DNA of 64,000 nucleotides from a phage: sequence record PQ724393.1; one strand, 5' to 3'. Shown piece by piece: positions 8,997 to 17,559 of this stretch (position 1 is its first letter; each line of letters starts with the position of its first letter). The notes under the pieces were generated by a model. It saw only the letters and a program-made list of their open reading frames with translations, ran no database searches and was not told where the DNA came from. The position numbers and the translations under genes were made by a program.

Positions 8997-9746
8997 TTAA
9001 CCTCTAATCAGTGAAAAAATTGAAGCATTCAGCGGAAGACCTTTTTTCAACTTCAATTTGTCAATAAAAGAAAGGTGTTCTAAACGCTCCAGACCTTGGA
9101 TAATTTTATCATACATATCGTAACGCGTTTCTGCTTCAGACAATTTAAACTTGACGCGCCAATCGGGTCCACCAATTAAAGATTTAAGGCCTTTTTCCAT
9201 AGTACCGATTGAAGCGTTAGAACCATGGATACGAGCCTTAACCGCGATGACAGAAGGGGTCTTATCAGTAGCTCCTGATTTAATAAGGTCCTTAAGACGT
9301 TTTTCACGCTTTTTAAGGCCTCTTTGAGTATCTTTAATATTTTTAACTATTTTACGAATTTTATAATAGTTATCGGGGGTTACTTTAAAACTATTAGGCA
9401 TTTTAGAACTACCTGAAATACGGACCGCTAAACGGGTTTGTGCGCGTTTCAATTCGTCTAGAGACAAATCGGCACGTAAGCTGTTGTACTTAACTTTAAC
9501 CGGGATTACATTACCTTCAATATAACCGATATCATTATTAAAACGTTCAAATGAAATCTTATCACTAACTGAATTCTCATCAAAGCGCTCGCCTGAATAA
9601 GCACACACCTTTTGTTCGAGAAGTCTACGAACATACTTACTAGACAGGTTGAAGTCCTTACCACGTTTTTTGGCGGAAGCTTTAGTGTGTTCGCGACGTT
9701 TATAAACCTTTAATTCAAATTCATCGTTAGTTTTAATAGCAGGCAT
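8997..9746 (-). CDS. hypothetical basic protein (249 aa), Srd-position
   Basis: Lys/Arg-rich; conserved early promoter upstream; position and size resemble T4 srd, not verified. Confidence 0.55.
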   Translation of the reverse strand: MPAIKTNDEFELKVYKRREHTKASAKKRGKDFNLSSKYVRRLLEQKVCAYSGERFDENSVSDKISFERFNNDIGYIEGNVIPVKVKYNSLRADLSLDELKRAQTRLAVRISGSSKMPNSFKVTPDNYYKIRKIVKNIKDTQRGLKKREKRLKDLIKSGATDKTPSVIAVKARIHGSNASIGTMEKGLKSLIGGPDWRVKFKLSEAETRYDMYDKIIQGLERLEHLSFIDKLKLKKGLPLNASIFSLIRG

Positions 9747-9786
9747 AATATTTTTCTCATCTTACGGACGATTAGTTGATATGTCT

Positions 9787-9815
9787 ATAGTATCATGTTG
9801 TTTGGTAAAGTAAAC
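9787..9815 (-). promoter_or_regulatory. conserved early promoter
   Basis: GTTTAC-17-TGATACTATAGAC. Confidence 0.6.
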
Positions 9816-9884
9816 ACTTTTTTGCTTTAAATTTTCGACGGTATAATGAATCAAGGACTTTGCCTTTCAATTAAACCGGGTGGT

Positions 9885-10499
9885 TCAGTAAGAAAGAACG
9901 GAAAGATTCCAAATGGTGTAATTATTCCATTTAGGATTTCTCTCAATAGAGTCTACGCGCAGCGTAGTTCCCGCAGGGAACATCATCTCATCTTCATCAT
10001 TGATTAATTGTAAGTTTGCTACACGGGTAGATTCAGGAAATGCACCTGGGAACTCTTCAGGGGGTGCAGCACATAACATTTTAAAGATTTCTTCCTGATA
10101 ATTGTATACAAATGGGGCATCATTAATACAAAAGATATTAAATGTTCCATAGAAGTTATAAGATGCAAAATTCCTTGCCACGTTGAAGTCTTTAGAGAAG
10201 CTCATTACTCGGTCGAATTCAATTACGGCACCTACACACATTGTGGACTCTAGGTACTTCATAGTCTTTTTAGATATACCGCGATAGAGCTTATCAGGCA
10301 CTACAGAAGTCAGGTTCTTACGGATGATTTTGTTCAGAGTTTCCTGGATACAGTCCGGTTTATTTTCCATACACTGCCAGAGGGTACTCTGTTCTAAATC
10401 AGAATACACCTCATCAATTTCTATCTGAGTATTCTCACGGAAATCATCGCATTTAGCGTTGTTGATAAATTCTGCTAATTTATGGCTTGGATATAACAT
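9885..10499 (-). CDS. modA: ADP-ribosyltransferase, ModA-like
   Basis: 204 aa; R-S-E triad candidates (LYRG, MSFSKD, DEDEMMF); tandem with second ART; T4 modA/modB position. Confidence 0.6.
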   Translation of the reverse strand: MLYPSHKLAEFINNAKCDDFRENTQIEIDEVYSDLEQSTLWQCMENKPDCIQETLNKIIRKNLTSVVPDKLYRGISKKTMKYLESTMCVGAVIEFDRVMSFSKDFNVARNFASYNFYGTFNIFCINDAPFVYNYQEEIFKMLCAAPPEEFPGAFPESTRVANLQLINDEDEMMFPAGTTLRVDSIERNPKWNNYTIWNLSVLSY

Positions 10500-10524
10500 A
10501 TTATTCTCCTCAGTCGATAGAAAG

Positions 10525-10554
10525 ATAGTACCACAAGATTCCTTGCCTGTAAAC
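10525..10554 (-). promoter_or_regulatory. early promoter upstream of modA-like gene
   Basis: GTTTAC-18-TACTAT; SD GAGGAGA. Confidence 0.55.
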
Positions 10555-11126
10555 TAAAAATCCAACATTTTTAAATGAATTGTTTTGTACTCGATTTCAT
10601 ACGGGTCTCTTTTGATAGTTTCGATTGCAACAATCTCAAATCGTGATAGGCTAGAGACCATGAACTCACATTCGGTTTCGACCATGTCATAGAGGTCGAT
10701 ACGTGTCTCGTTGATTCCATTGTCTTCTACATTACCTGCAAGAACAAGGTCGATAGCATGGTTGTAGTAATCGAAAATGAATGGCGCATTTCTGAGGCTT
10801 AAAATGGTTTTGGTTCCGTATTCCCATGCACCGGCGAATTGACGGGCTTGTGAGTACTGCGTGCTAAAAGAAGTAACACGCCCAGGAGACCATTGACAAC
10901 CTACCGTAAGAAATCTTAACTGTCTTAGTTCTTCTTGGGTAATCCCACGATACAACTCTACAGGAACAGCAGAAGTCATATGCTTACGAACCAGCTTGTC
11001 GAGGTCGTAATGGAAATTAGGGTCTTCTTTAGAATTCAGACATTTCTCTAACAACGCTTGTTCAGATTTTGAGAATTTGGAATTGATTCGGTCTTGATAA
11101 AGACACATTTCTTGTTCGATGTTCAT
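10554..11126 (-). CDS. modB: ADP-ribosyltransferase, ModB-like
   Basis: 190 aa; LYRG, TSFSTQ, ETECEF motifs; strong GTTTAC-17-TATAAT promoter upstream. Confidence 0.6.
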   Translation of the reverse strand: MNIEQEMCLYQDRINSKFSKSEQALLEKCLNSKEDPNFHYDLDKLVRKHMTSAVPVELYRGITQEELRQLRFLTVGCQWSPGRVTSFSTQYSQARQFAGAWEYGTKTILSLRNAPFIFDYYNHAIDLVLAGNVEDNGINETRIDLYDMVETECEFMVSSLSRFEIVAIETIKRDPYEIEYKTIHLKMLDF

Positions 11127-11150
11127 ATGACCTCCAGTGATTTAGAGGTC

Positions 11151-11179
11151 ATTATAACATGAAGGGAGGAGGTGTAAAC
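11151..11179 (-). promoter_or_regulatory. early promoter upstream of modB-like gene
   Basis: GTTTAC-17-TATAAT. Confidence 0.6.
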
Positions 11180-11412
11180 TACTTAAACACACCAAGTGGG
11201 ACGCCAAACACTGCAATGTCAGCAGCTTGGCCTGTTAAGGATTGGGTATATGAAGTATAAGAGCTTTTTGGTTGATAAGAGCTTTTTATTTCCTGCGCCT
11301 TGGCTGTAATCTTAGGAGCTTTTGCCTGAATATTTTTTTGCTCGATTTCCTTATGAGCTTGTTTACGGTCGATATCTAATGCCGATGTAGGTATATTTGT
11401 TAGCCAATTCAT
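11179..11412 (-). CDS. hypothetical protein (77 aa)
   Basis: Start reset to ATG 11412 overlapping upstream stop (TAATG). Confidence 0.5.
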   Translation of the reverse strand: MNWLTNIPTSALDIDRKQAHKEIEQKNIQAKAPKITAKAQEIKSSYQPKSSYTSYTQSLTGQAADIAVFGVPLGVFK

Positions 11413-11600
11413 TATTTTACCCAAGGTGCCCATGGTGGAGGGTCTTGATAGTAAGAAGCAAGGTCAGCCAGGGCATCTTTAGGCAACTTAAAACCGTGCT
11501 TCTGTATAATCATATCAAGTTCATTGACAAGGTCAATAGGCGGCTCCTGAGTTGTTTCAGGCTCAGGATCCGGAATGACGAACATATCAAATAAGTCCAT
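11412..11600 (-). CDS. hypothetical acidic protein (62 aa)
   Basis: Track ORF; coupled to neighbours. Confidence 0.5.
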   Translation of the reverse strand: MDLFDMFVIPDPEPETTQEPPIDLVNELDMIIQKHGFKLPKDALADLASYYQDPPPWAPWVK

Positions 11601-12091
11601 TAGTAACCACCGATAGGACCATAACCATACATACGAGCTCGTAACTTAGCATCACGAATAGCTTCTTCGGTCGGGGTAAAACGCAAACCAATATCAAAGT
11701 GTTTCCAAATCTGACATTCTACCTCCGTCAGGTCTTCGACGGTAGAAATCAAATACGTACGGCCTTTAAGACGTTCATTGGACATTCTATCAGTATCTTT
11801 ATAGAAAATATCCATGGTTCCTTCGGCATACGGGTCTGCCGGGTAACGATAGCCTTTGATATGCAAGGCTTGAGCCACGCTAAAAGGGCATCCCTCAGCG
11901 ACATCAACATTTTTGTTATGGTAAGCCTTCATCAGAATATTTTCTGGCAGCTTAATATCTTTTAATCGTGTTTCTAACTGGGTTATAGAATTCATACCAT
12001 TGTCGACAAAGATAAGACACGCCGTAGCATCATAAGGACGCGTTTGGCCTGATGAATCACGTACACGGAATTCGAGTTCATAGACTTTCAT
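11600..12091 (-). CDS. hypothetical protein (163 aa)
   Basis: Track ORF; SD AGAGGA upstream of ATG 12091. Confidence 0.55.
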   Translation of the reverse strand: MKVYELEFRVRDSSGQTRPYDATACLIFVDNGMNSITQLETRLKDIKLPENILMKAYHNKNVDVAEGCPFSVAQALHIKGYRYPADPYAEGTMDIFYKDTDRMSNERLKGRTYLISTVEDLTEVECQIWKHFDIGLRFTPTEEAIRDAKLRARMYGYGPIGGY

Positions 12092-12245
12092 TATGTTTTC
12101 CTCTTTTTAGTTTACCTACTAAAGGACCATCCGGAATATTATTTTCTCGGATGTATTTCTCGTTTTCTTCCATCATTTTACTACCAATTTTAAGAAGCAA
12201 ATCCAATGCCTCTTTAGCTTGTTTTTCGGCCTCTTCAGTAGTCAT
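12078..12245 (-). CDS. hypothetical small protein (55 aa)
   Basis: Not in track; ATGA overlap with upstream ORF; own translation [23 protein letters not shown]... Confidence 0.3.
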   Translation of the reverse strand: MTTEEAEKQAKEALDLLLKIGSKMMEENEKYIRENNIPDGPLVGKLKRGKHNESL

Positions 12246-12442
12246 GATTTATCCCCATAGATGTCACGCATAATTCTAAGAGCTTCGCGTTCTAATTTCT
12301 TTTCGCGTTCTTCACGGATACCTTTAAGAATCCATTCTTCGGAGTCGCGTTTCATTTCTGCATTGGCTTGGTCTAACCACCCGTCATCAAGATAATCGCC
12401 AGGACGGTCTAGCCAATCTTTAAGCCATGATAAAGGTTTCAT
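12242..12442 (-). CDS. hypothetical protein (66 aa)
   Basis: Track ORF. Confidence 0.5.
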   Translation of the reverse strand: MKPLSWLKDWLDRPGDYLDDGWLDQANAEMKRDSEEWILKGIREEREKKLEREALRIMRDIYGDKS

Positions 12443-12777
12443 TAATCACACGAGCCGGACGATGAGTCACAGCTTCCTGAGTCATAAGACGAATAAGAAG
12501 AATCACCAGTCCAAGAACTGACAGCCGCCGCAACCATAATAGGAGTGGTATCAATATGGCTTGTGCGACGAGCTTCTAGATGTTCTTTTAACTTTTTAGA
12601 ATTCAATGGAAGAGCGCCAGGCCCCACATTACCTGCTTTTTCAGGTTGACGGATAACTTCTTCCATCATACCATCGCCTACATAAACATATTCCCTTAAC
12701 TTAACGTCTGATGGACTAATAGGAACCGGACCTTCGCCTGGGGTAATTTTGAATAAATTCTTAAGCCACTGAATCAT
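12442..12777 (-). CDS. hypothetical protein with Ser/Cys-rich C-terminal tail (111 aa)
   Basis: C-terminus SSYSSYDSGSCDSSSGSCD. Confidence 0.5.
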   Translation of the reverse strand: MIQWLKNLFKITPGEGPVPISPSDVKLREYVYVGDGMMEEVIRQPEKAGNVGPGALPLNSKKLKEHLEARRTSHIDTTPIMVAAAVSSWTGDSSYSSYDSGSCDSSSGSCD

Positions 12778-12971
12778 AGGAAACCTCTCACAAATTTTAC
12801 ATCGCCATTGTCTAAGCGGATTTCTGCATTAAATTCTACAGAATTATCTTCATACATCATAAAAGAATGCGTAATAACATCGTCATGATACCCTAACCCG
12901 TATTTAAGCGAAACTTCTTGAGCAATCAAAGCACCTACTGCATTATTAGGTTTAATCCAACGATTTAACAT
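12774..12971 (-). CDS. hypothetical protein (65 aa)
   Basis: Start reset to ATG 12971 with SD GAGGAG; track start lies in promoter. Confidence 0.5.
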   Translation of the reverse strand: MLNRWIKPNNAVGALIAQEVSLKYGLGYHDDVITHSFMMYEDNSVEFNAEIRLDNGDVKFVRGFL

Positions 12972-12997
12972 AGTGTTCTCCTCTATAAGATAAAACC

Positions 12998-13027
12998 ATC
13001 TTATCACAGTCTGCTCGTAAAGTAAAC
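12998..13027 (-). promoter_or_regulatory. putative early promoter
   Basis: GTTTAC-18-TGTGATAAGAT. Confidence 0.45.
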
Positions 13028-13030
13028 TGC

Positions 13031-13060
13031 TAAAACGAAAAAAGGAACCCGAAGGTTCCT
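13031..13060 (-). terminator. rho-independent terminator downstream of soc
   Basis: AGGAACC-TTCG-GGTTCCT followed by TTTTTTCG. Confidence 0.7.
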
Positions 13061-13065
13061 TATAA

Positions 13066-13299
13066 TTAAACTACTGGGGTCGGTGTGAACATTGCTGCGT
13101 TCTTGGTCTTCCAGTCAGCAGCATCAGTCACTACAGTAGTATAGGCTGCAACGGCCGAAGGGAAAGTCTGATAATGAGAATCTGCAATACGGTGCTCGTT
13201 TGAATAAATCTCAAACGGGACAGACACTTCAACACCTTTAACTTCTTTACCTTCACCAGCTGGATGCGTAAAGGTTTTGATATTAACGAAACCACCCAT
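13066..13299 (-). CDS. soc: small outer capsid protein Soc
   Basis: 77 aa; FVNIKTF and HYQTFPS motifs match recalled T4 Soc; followed by strong terminator. Confidence 0.85.
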   Translation of the reverse strand: MGGFVNIKTFTHPAGEGKEVKGVEVSVPFEIYSNEHRIADSHYQTFPSAVAAYTTVVTDAADWKTKNAAMFTPTPVV

Positions 13300-13340
13300 A
13301 ATAAACTCCTTTGTTGTTTAATTACAGGTGTATTTATAAC

Positions 13341-13862
13341 TTAATAACCTCGGTCTTGACGAGCAAAGTTCTCGGCATTTTTCAGATAATACAGTTTAAA
13401 GATTTCTTCAGCAGTCAGACCAAGACCTTGGAACATATTCAGAACAAAGTGCAGAATATCAATCATTTCGAATTTAATTTCGAGCTGGTCTTCAGGAGAG
13501 AGTTCGTCAATACGACGATTACGGAATTCGGCATGTTGTGCCTTCCACGGCTTCCACACACTGGATGCGGCTTTCTCACCATTACTCATACCGCCAAGAG
13601 AAGTCAGAAGTTCACGGAATTCATCATCAATATAATCTTTCTGGTTGCGAAGCCAATCAACAACTTGACCTGCTGTAGCTAGTTCATCAGGATTGGTGTT
13701 GAATTCTGATTTTTCAGTAGCCAAACGAACCTGTAATGATTTCTGCATATCAAGCATAACCTGCAGAGGGTCTTTATCTTCGTGAATCAGAGCATTAAAA
13801 TAAGCTTCTTCAGCTTTATCAACACCTGCAATAAGTTGTGAGCATTCGTTAAAGTGTGCCAT
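13341..13862 (-). CDS. 56: dCTP pyrophosphatase (dCTPase/dUTPase), gp56
   Basis: MAHFNEC... and C-terminal EEIFKLYYLKNAENFARQDRGY match recalled T4 gp56; start reset to ATG 13862 with SD AAAGGAAAAA. Confidence 0.88.
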   Translation of the reverse strand: MAHFNECSQLIAGVDKAEEAYFNALIHEDKDPLQVMLDMQKSLQVRLATEKSEFNTNPDELATAGQVVDWLRNQKDYIDDEFRELLTSLGGMSNGEKAASSVWKPWKAQHAEFRNRRIDELSPEDQLEIKFEMIDILHFVLNMFQGLGLTAEEIFKLYYLKNAENFARQDRGY

Positions 13863-13952
13863 TATATTTTTCCTTTTCAATTCATTAGTAAGTTAGATAA
13901 TTATAAACTGTTAGATTAAAGCGAATAAATATTAATTTAACAGGAGGATAAC

Positions 13953-14153
13953 ATGGGTAGTATTTTTTACCAAATCTGGAAATTGGCCGAAAAGAAAGAC
14001 AAGAAAATGATGTTAGGTTTTCTTGCGCTAGACGTATTCCTTTGGAATCTTTTAGTAGTCCCTGTAGCCGCTAGCCAAGGGATAATTTTACCAGCGGTTA
14101 CAATGGAACACGTATTAAGCATAATTGGATTCTTTAGCGGAGTTCCTGCCTAA
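13953..14153 (+). CDS. small hydrophobic membrane protein (66 aa), opposite strand
   Basis: Plus-strand ORF in an intergenic gap; AGGAGG 5 nt upstream of ATG; predicted TM segments; stop converges on primase stop. Confidence 0.4.
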   Translation: MGSIFYQIWKLAEKKDKKMMLGFLALDVFLWNLLVVPVAASQGIILPAVTMEHVLSIIGFFSGVPA

Positions 14154-15178
14154 ATTTTGGAATATTTAGAAAGTCTCATTTTGGCCATTAGACCTTGGGC
14201 TATATTAGCTTTCATATATGTCAGTACATCATTTATATCAGCTTTATCTTTCATAATCATATCATTTATATCTTTAGAAGGCCATGGAGCCTTGTCCCAG
14301 AATAGAACCCTTTCGCCAGCATCAACTAATCGTTGCATACGCTTAATTGTGTCAGGATGGCGGGGTTCATTGTCCATTACCCAGGCACGAGTTTCTTTAC
14401 ATGGAACTATAGCCAAATCTAACGACCCGCCAGTAATTGCTATTGCATTCGGTACGAATAATGAATCGATAGGACCTTCCATTACCCAGACCAATTGACG
14501 TTCGTCGACTGTATCCATTCCATATATTTTTGTAGCTTGGTCATGAGCTTTTATTGTAATATATTTTTGTGGAGCATCTTTACGCAAGGCTCGACCCTGA
14601 AAACTTTCTATTTGTTTATCCTTATTGAAAATAGGAATAACCAAACGAGGCTCAGGCATTTCTTTAGAATAGGTCCCTGGATTCACAGAGTTCACCAATG
14701 CCGGCCATTCTTTAGTAAACCACAGCCGGTTCCATTTGTTTTCAGGAATGCAACGTAGTGTTACATATTTGATAATAGGATGGTCCTTCGGCATTCTATC
14801 TAATCGTTCACAGAAATTAAGCTTTTCGATGACAGGCATCTTAGCTTTAATTTTTTCAGATATCTCCACCTTAGGTGCAGCTTGTCTCCCGAACGATTGC
14901 TCTTTATGTTTCTCAAGAATATATTCTCGATATAAATCCGGCTCATATTCGTATAGATACTTCTTAATTCCTGCTGAATAGTCGCAGTTAAAACAGTGCA
15001 GCATTACGGAGCCATCATTAGCCGGATAGGCCCAAAAACGAGCTTTGTTCTCATCTTTTTGGGAGTCGCCACATACACGACAACGACAGTTTAATTTAAA
15101 ATCACTACCGGTTACTTGTCTGAATTTAGGTTGGTAATTCAAGGCACGTACAGCAAATTCTCTATCGACATATGACAT
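14150..15178 (-). CDS. 61: DNA primase gp61
   Basis: 342 aa; N-terminal zinc ribbon CRCRVCGDS...CFNC; position before gene 41. Confidence 0.9.
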   Translation of the reverse strand: MSYVDREFAVRALNYQPKFRQVTGSDFKLNCRCRVCGDSQKDENKARFWAYPANDGSVMLHCFNCDYSAGIKKYLYEYEPDLYREYILEKHKEQSFGRQAAPKVEISEKIKAKMPVIEKLNFCERLDRMPKDHPIIKYVTLRCIPENKWNRLWFTKEWPALVNSVNPGTYSKEMPEPRLVIPIFNKDKQIESFQGRALRKDAPQKYITIKAHDQATKIYGMDTVDERQLVWVMEGPIDSLFVPNAIAITGGSLDLAIVPCKETRAWVMDNEPRHPDTIKRMQRLVDAGERVLFWDKAPWPSKDINDMIMKDKADINDVLTYMKANIAQGLMAKMRLSKYSKI

Positions 15179-15216
15179 TATTTTTCCTTGGGCTCTAAAT
15201 TAATAGAGCCATTATA

Positions 15217-15378
15217 TCATTCGTTTTCGGATTTTTCTTTACGCTTTTTAGATGGGATTTGTTCAGGCCCTTTGTTGACGACTGCGCCTGAGGTAGTTCC
15301 GGAGGCAATATTAGATGGATTTCCACCAGCATCGCCTGCGACCATATCTTCGTTCATAACTTCTTTAAAAGATTTCAT
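15217..15378 (-). CDS. hypothetical small protein (53 aa)
   Basis: Not in track; SD AGGAGC; TATAAATA late-promoter motif just upstream. Confidence 0.4.
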   Translation of the reverse strand: MKSFKEVMNEDMVAGDAGGNPSNIASGTTSGAVVNKGPEQIPSKKRKEKSENE

Positions 15379-15391
15379 AGGCTCCTGGCCT

Positions 15392-15399
15392 TATTTATA
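15392..15399 (-). promoter_or_regulatory. putative late promoter (TATAAATA)
   Basis: Coding strand TATAAATA 13 nt upstream of ORF 15217..15378. Confidence 0.4.
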
Positions 15400-15586
15400 T
15401 TACGAAAATAGCTTTATCACCATTTGCATCAGTGACTTCATAGGTATCTTCGTGGTAAAGTGGGATAATCCAAGTCACACCATCACCAGCAATAATATGG
15501 ATAGCTTCTTGGTCTTTTGATACGATTTCATATTCTTCGAACAATTCGAATACAGAAATCTTAGAGCCCGTACACATTGCACTCAT
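15395..15586 (-). CDS. hypothetical protein (63 aa)
   Basis: Track ORF; overlaps upstream ORF end. Confidence 0.45.
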   Translation of the reverse strand: MSAMCTGSKISVFELFEEYEIVSKDQEAIHIIAGDGVTWIIPLYHEDTYEVTDANGDKAIFVI

Positions 15587-15782
15587 ATTGTTCCCTTCTT
15601 TTAATCAGTTGACGATGAGCCTTTTTAAGTTTACGAAGCTGGCGCTTAGTCGGCCGTGCAACATAAGCTTGAGTAGTTACTCGTCCAAAAACACCATACT
15701 TAGGTGAAGGAGAATCAATAAAGACTTCCCACTGGCAGGAGTATCCGTATACCGCTTTAGAGAATTGAGTTAAGACAAACAT
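15561..15782 (-). CDS. small basic protein, PTKRQ-motif family
   Basis: 73 aa; C-terminal ARPTKRQLRKLKKAHRQLIKRRE shared with ORFs at 16573, 40612, 47163. Confidence 0.5.
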   Translation of the reverse strand: MFVLTQFSKAVYGYSCQWEVFIDSPSPKYGVFGRVTTQAYVARPTKRQLRKLKKAHRQLIKRREQYECNVYGL

Positions 15783-15783
15783 A

Positions 15784-16218
15784 TTAACCTCGATTCATAA
15801 AGGCATTAAAAATCTGGTCGTCAATTGAATAAACTGGAGCTTCCAGAATTTTCAACAGACTGTTTTTGATATACTTGCTAGGGATATCCATATTAACGCG
15901 GTCGTTCAATTCGTTGTCCGGGTGGATATCTTTAAATTCGAATCCTTCAAATTCAACCTTGTCCGGAAACCCGTCAGCGAAAAAATAAACCAATTGGTGC
16001 ATTGCATTGAGCGAAAATAATTTAGACTTAACAGCAATAAGTTCTTGCCAATGGTTTAATTCTCTGTTAAGAAGTTTATGAGCGAATACAATTCTATCGT
16101 CGCTATCAACAATAAAATAACCTAGGTACTGATGGTCGTCGCTCCAAAACATCCTGTATGCTTGTGCATTCGGATTTTTACAACGAAGCTTTTTAATAAC
16201 CAAAGTTCTGTTAATCAT
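15784..16218 (-). CDS. hypothetical protein (145 aa)
   Basis: Start reset to ATG 16218 just after sp stop. Confidence 0.5.
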   Translation of the reverse strand: MINRTLVIKKLRCKNPNAQAYRMFWSDDHQYLGYFIVDSDDRIVFAHKLLNRELNHWQELIAVKSKLFSLNAMHQLVYFFADGFPDKVEFEGFEFKDIHPDNELNDRVNMDIPSKYIKNSLLKILEAPVYSIDDQIFNAFMNRG

Positions 16219-16219
16219 T

Positions 16220-16513
16220 TTACTCACCTGTAACCTCTTTAACGATGTTTTTGTTATCGAAATTAGCGTCACAATACAAAACATAGTTGTACTGCATAAC
16301 ACCGGTTGAAGCTAATTGGTCGGACACTTCTTTAACCATGTCAGGACGGTCACGTTTAGTGATGTTCATGATATCGGCATAAATCTGATGTTCAACATCA
16401 GTTTGGTCGGCAGTCATAGACCACTCACAAAGGTCTTTATCCAATCCGGCCGTTACTGGAGCTGTACCACATGATGCTACGGTAATAATTGCTGCGATTA
16501 ATAACTTTTTCAT
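16220..16513 (-). CDS. sp: periplasmic protein, Spackle-like (61.3 position)
   Basis: 97 aa with signal peptide/lipobox VASC; SD GAGGAGA; promoter upstream; T4 sp is also 97 aa and periplasmic (identity by position and size only). Confidence 0.55.
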   Translation of the reverse strand: MKKLLIAAIITVASCGTAPVTAGLDKDLCEWSMTADQTDVEHQIYADIMNITKRDRPDMVKEVSDQLASTGVMQYNYVLYCDANFDNKNIVKEVTGE

Positions 16514-16541
16514 TTCAATCTCCTCGTTAGTTGATAGGTCT

Positions 16542-16571
16542 ATAGTATCACCACCATAGACCGTTGTAAAC
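16542..16571 (-). promoter_or_regulatory. conserved early promoter upstream of sp-like gene
   Basis: GTTTAC-18-TGATACTATAGACCTATCAAC. Confidence 0.6.
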
Positions 16572-16572
16572 T

Positions 16573-16812
16573 TTATTTTAACGAATCTTCCAAATAAATT
16601 TTACGGAATTTACGTTTTGTCTGACGAATCTGACGTTTAGTAGGCTTCACAGGAAATTCGAAGAACTCCACGTATTCCTGTTCATAATCATTATGACCTA
16701 CTGAAAGAACTAGTTCCCAGCTGCTTACGGTGCGTTGGATAAACATATTATGCTTACCAAAAGATTTATTCCAAAAAGAACTAGGAGTTGGCTTCATTAG
16801 TACAATATTCAT
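16573..16812 (-). CDS. small basic protein, PTKRQ-motif family
   Basis: 79 aa; C-terminal VKPTKRQIRQTKRKFRKIY. Confidence 0.5.
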   Translation of the reverse strand: MNIVLMKPTPSSFWNKSFGKHNMFIQRTVSSWELVLSVGHNDYEQEYVEFFEFPVKPTKRQIRQTKRKFRKIYLEDSLK

Positions 16813-16953
16813 TTATTCCTCGCCTTCATGTTTATGAGCAAATTCTTCTAATTCACGGTCACAATCTAAACAGGTTGCATTATCCCAAGCATCAAATACT
16901 GCTCGGTCTTCACTTACTGAACAACCACACACTTCACATTCAACTTCTTCCAT
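16813..16953 (-). CDS. zinc-ribbon small protein (46 aa)
   Basis: Not in track; own translation MEEVECEVCGCSVSEDRAVFDAWDNATCLDCDRELEEF...; SD GAGGAAA; packed between flanking genes. Confidence 0.4.
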   Translation of the reverse strand: MEEVECEVCGCSVSEDRAVFDAWDNATCLDCDRELEEFAHKHEGEE

Positions 16954-17157
16954 TTAGATTTCCTCAATGCGGGCATCATATTCAAAAACTTTATTGTCAT
17001 TAACAAAGGCTTTCACCAGTGCATTATTCACTTCTGCATACTGCACTGTAACCCATTCAATCATTTTTTGGTCACTAACATCCAGCGCAGTTTCTTTGGT
17101 AAACATATTACCGTTTTCAAACCAACCAATAAATACTACGATCTCTAATTTAAACAT
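16954..17157 (-). CDS. dmd: Dmd-like antitoxin (discriminator of mRNA degradation)
   Basis: 67 aa; VVFIGWFENGNMFTKE and QYAEVNNALVKAF resemble recalled T4 Dmd; position next to gene 41. Confidence 0.6.
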   Translation of the reverse strand: MFKLEIVVFIGWFENGNMFTKETALDVSDQKMIEWVTVQYAEVNNALVKAFVNDNKVFEYDARIEEI

Positions 17158-17475
17158 TTAGATTTCCTCGCAGAAGGCCCATTCAGCATGATAAACCGTA
17201 GCGCCTTTAGTATCATTTAAACAAACCACATCTACCGGAGCAATTACACGATAAAGACGGGGTTCTCCTCCCACTGAACGAGCTGCACGTCCAGCATAAA
17301 TCTTAGCCAAACCGATATCTTCAGTAAAGAACACTCGATTCAGGTTTTTCTTACGACCGGTTTCAGACAAAACTCCTGTTTCCTCAGGAGGACAAAGCAT
17401 ATTACCGATATTAGCAACACTACAACTTCCATGGTAATACACTTTATATTCTGCTTTACAGTCGATGGTTTTCAT
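17158..17475 (-). CDS. hypothetical protein (105 aa)
   Basis: Start reset to ATG 17475 with SD GGAGAA; conserved promoter upstream. Confidence 0.5.
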   Translation of the reverse strand: MKTIDCKAEYKVYYHGSCSVANIGNMLCPPEETGVLSETGRKKNLNRVFFTEDIGLAKIYAGRAARSVGGEPRLYRVIAPVDVVCLNDTKGATVYHAEWAFCEEI

Positions 17476-17499
17476 TTTGTTCTCCAAGTTGATAGGCCT

Positions 17500-17528
17500 A
17501 TAGTATCATGCCTATAGGAGATGTAAAC
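17500..17528 (-). promoter_or_regulatory. conserved early promoter
   Basis: GTTTAC-17-TGATACTATAGGCCTATC. Confidence 0.6.
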
Positions 17529-17530
17529 CC

Positions 17531-17559
17531 TTAAAACAAAAAAGGAGCCGAAGCTCCTT
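17531..17559 (-). terminator. rho-independent terminator downstream of gene 41
   Basis: AAGGAGC-TTCG-GCTCCTT followed by TTTTTGTTTT. Confidence 0.7.
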
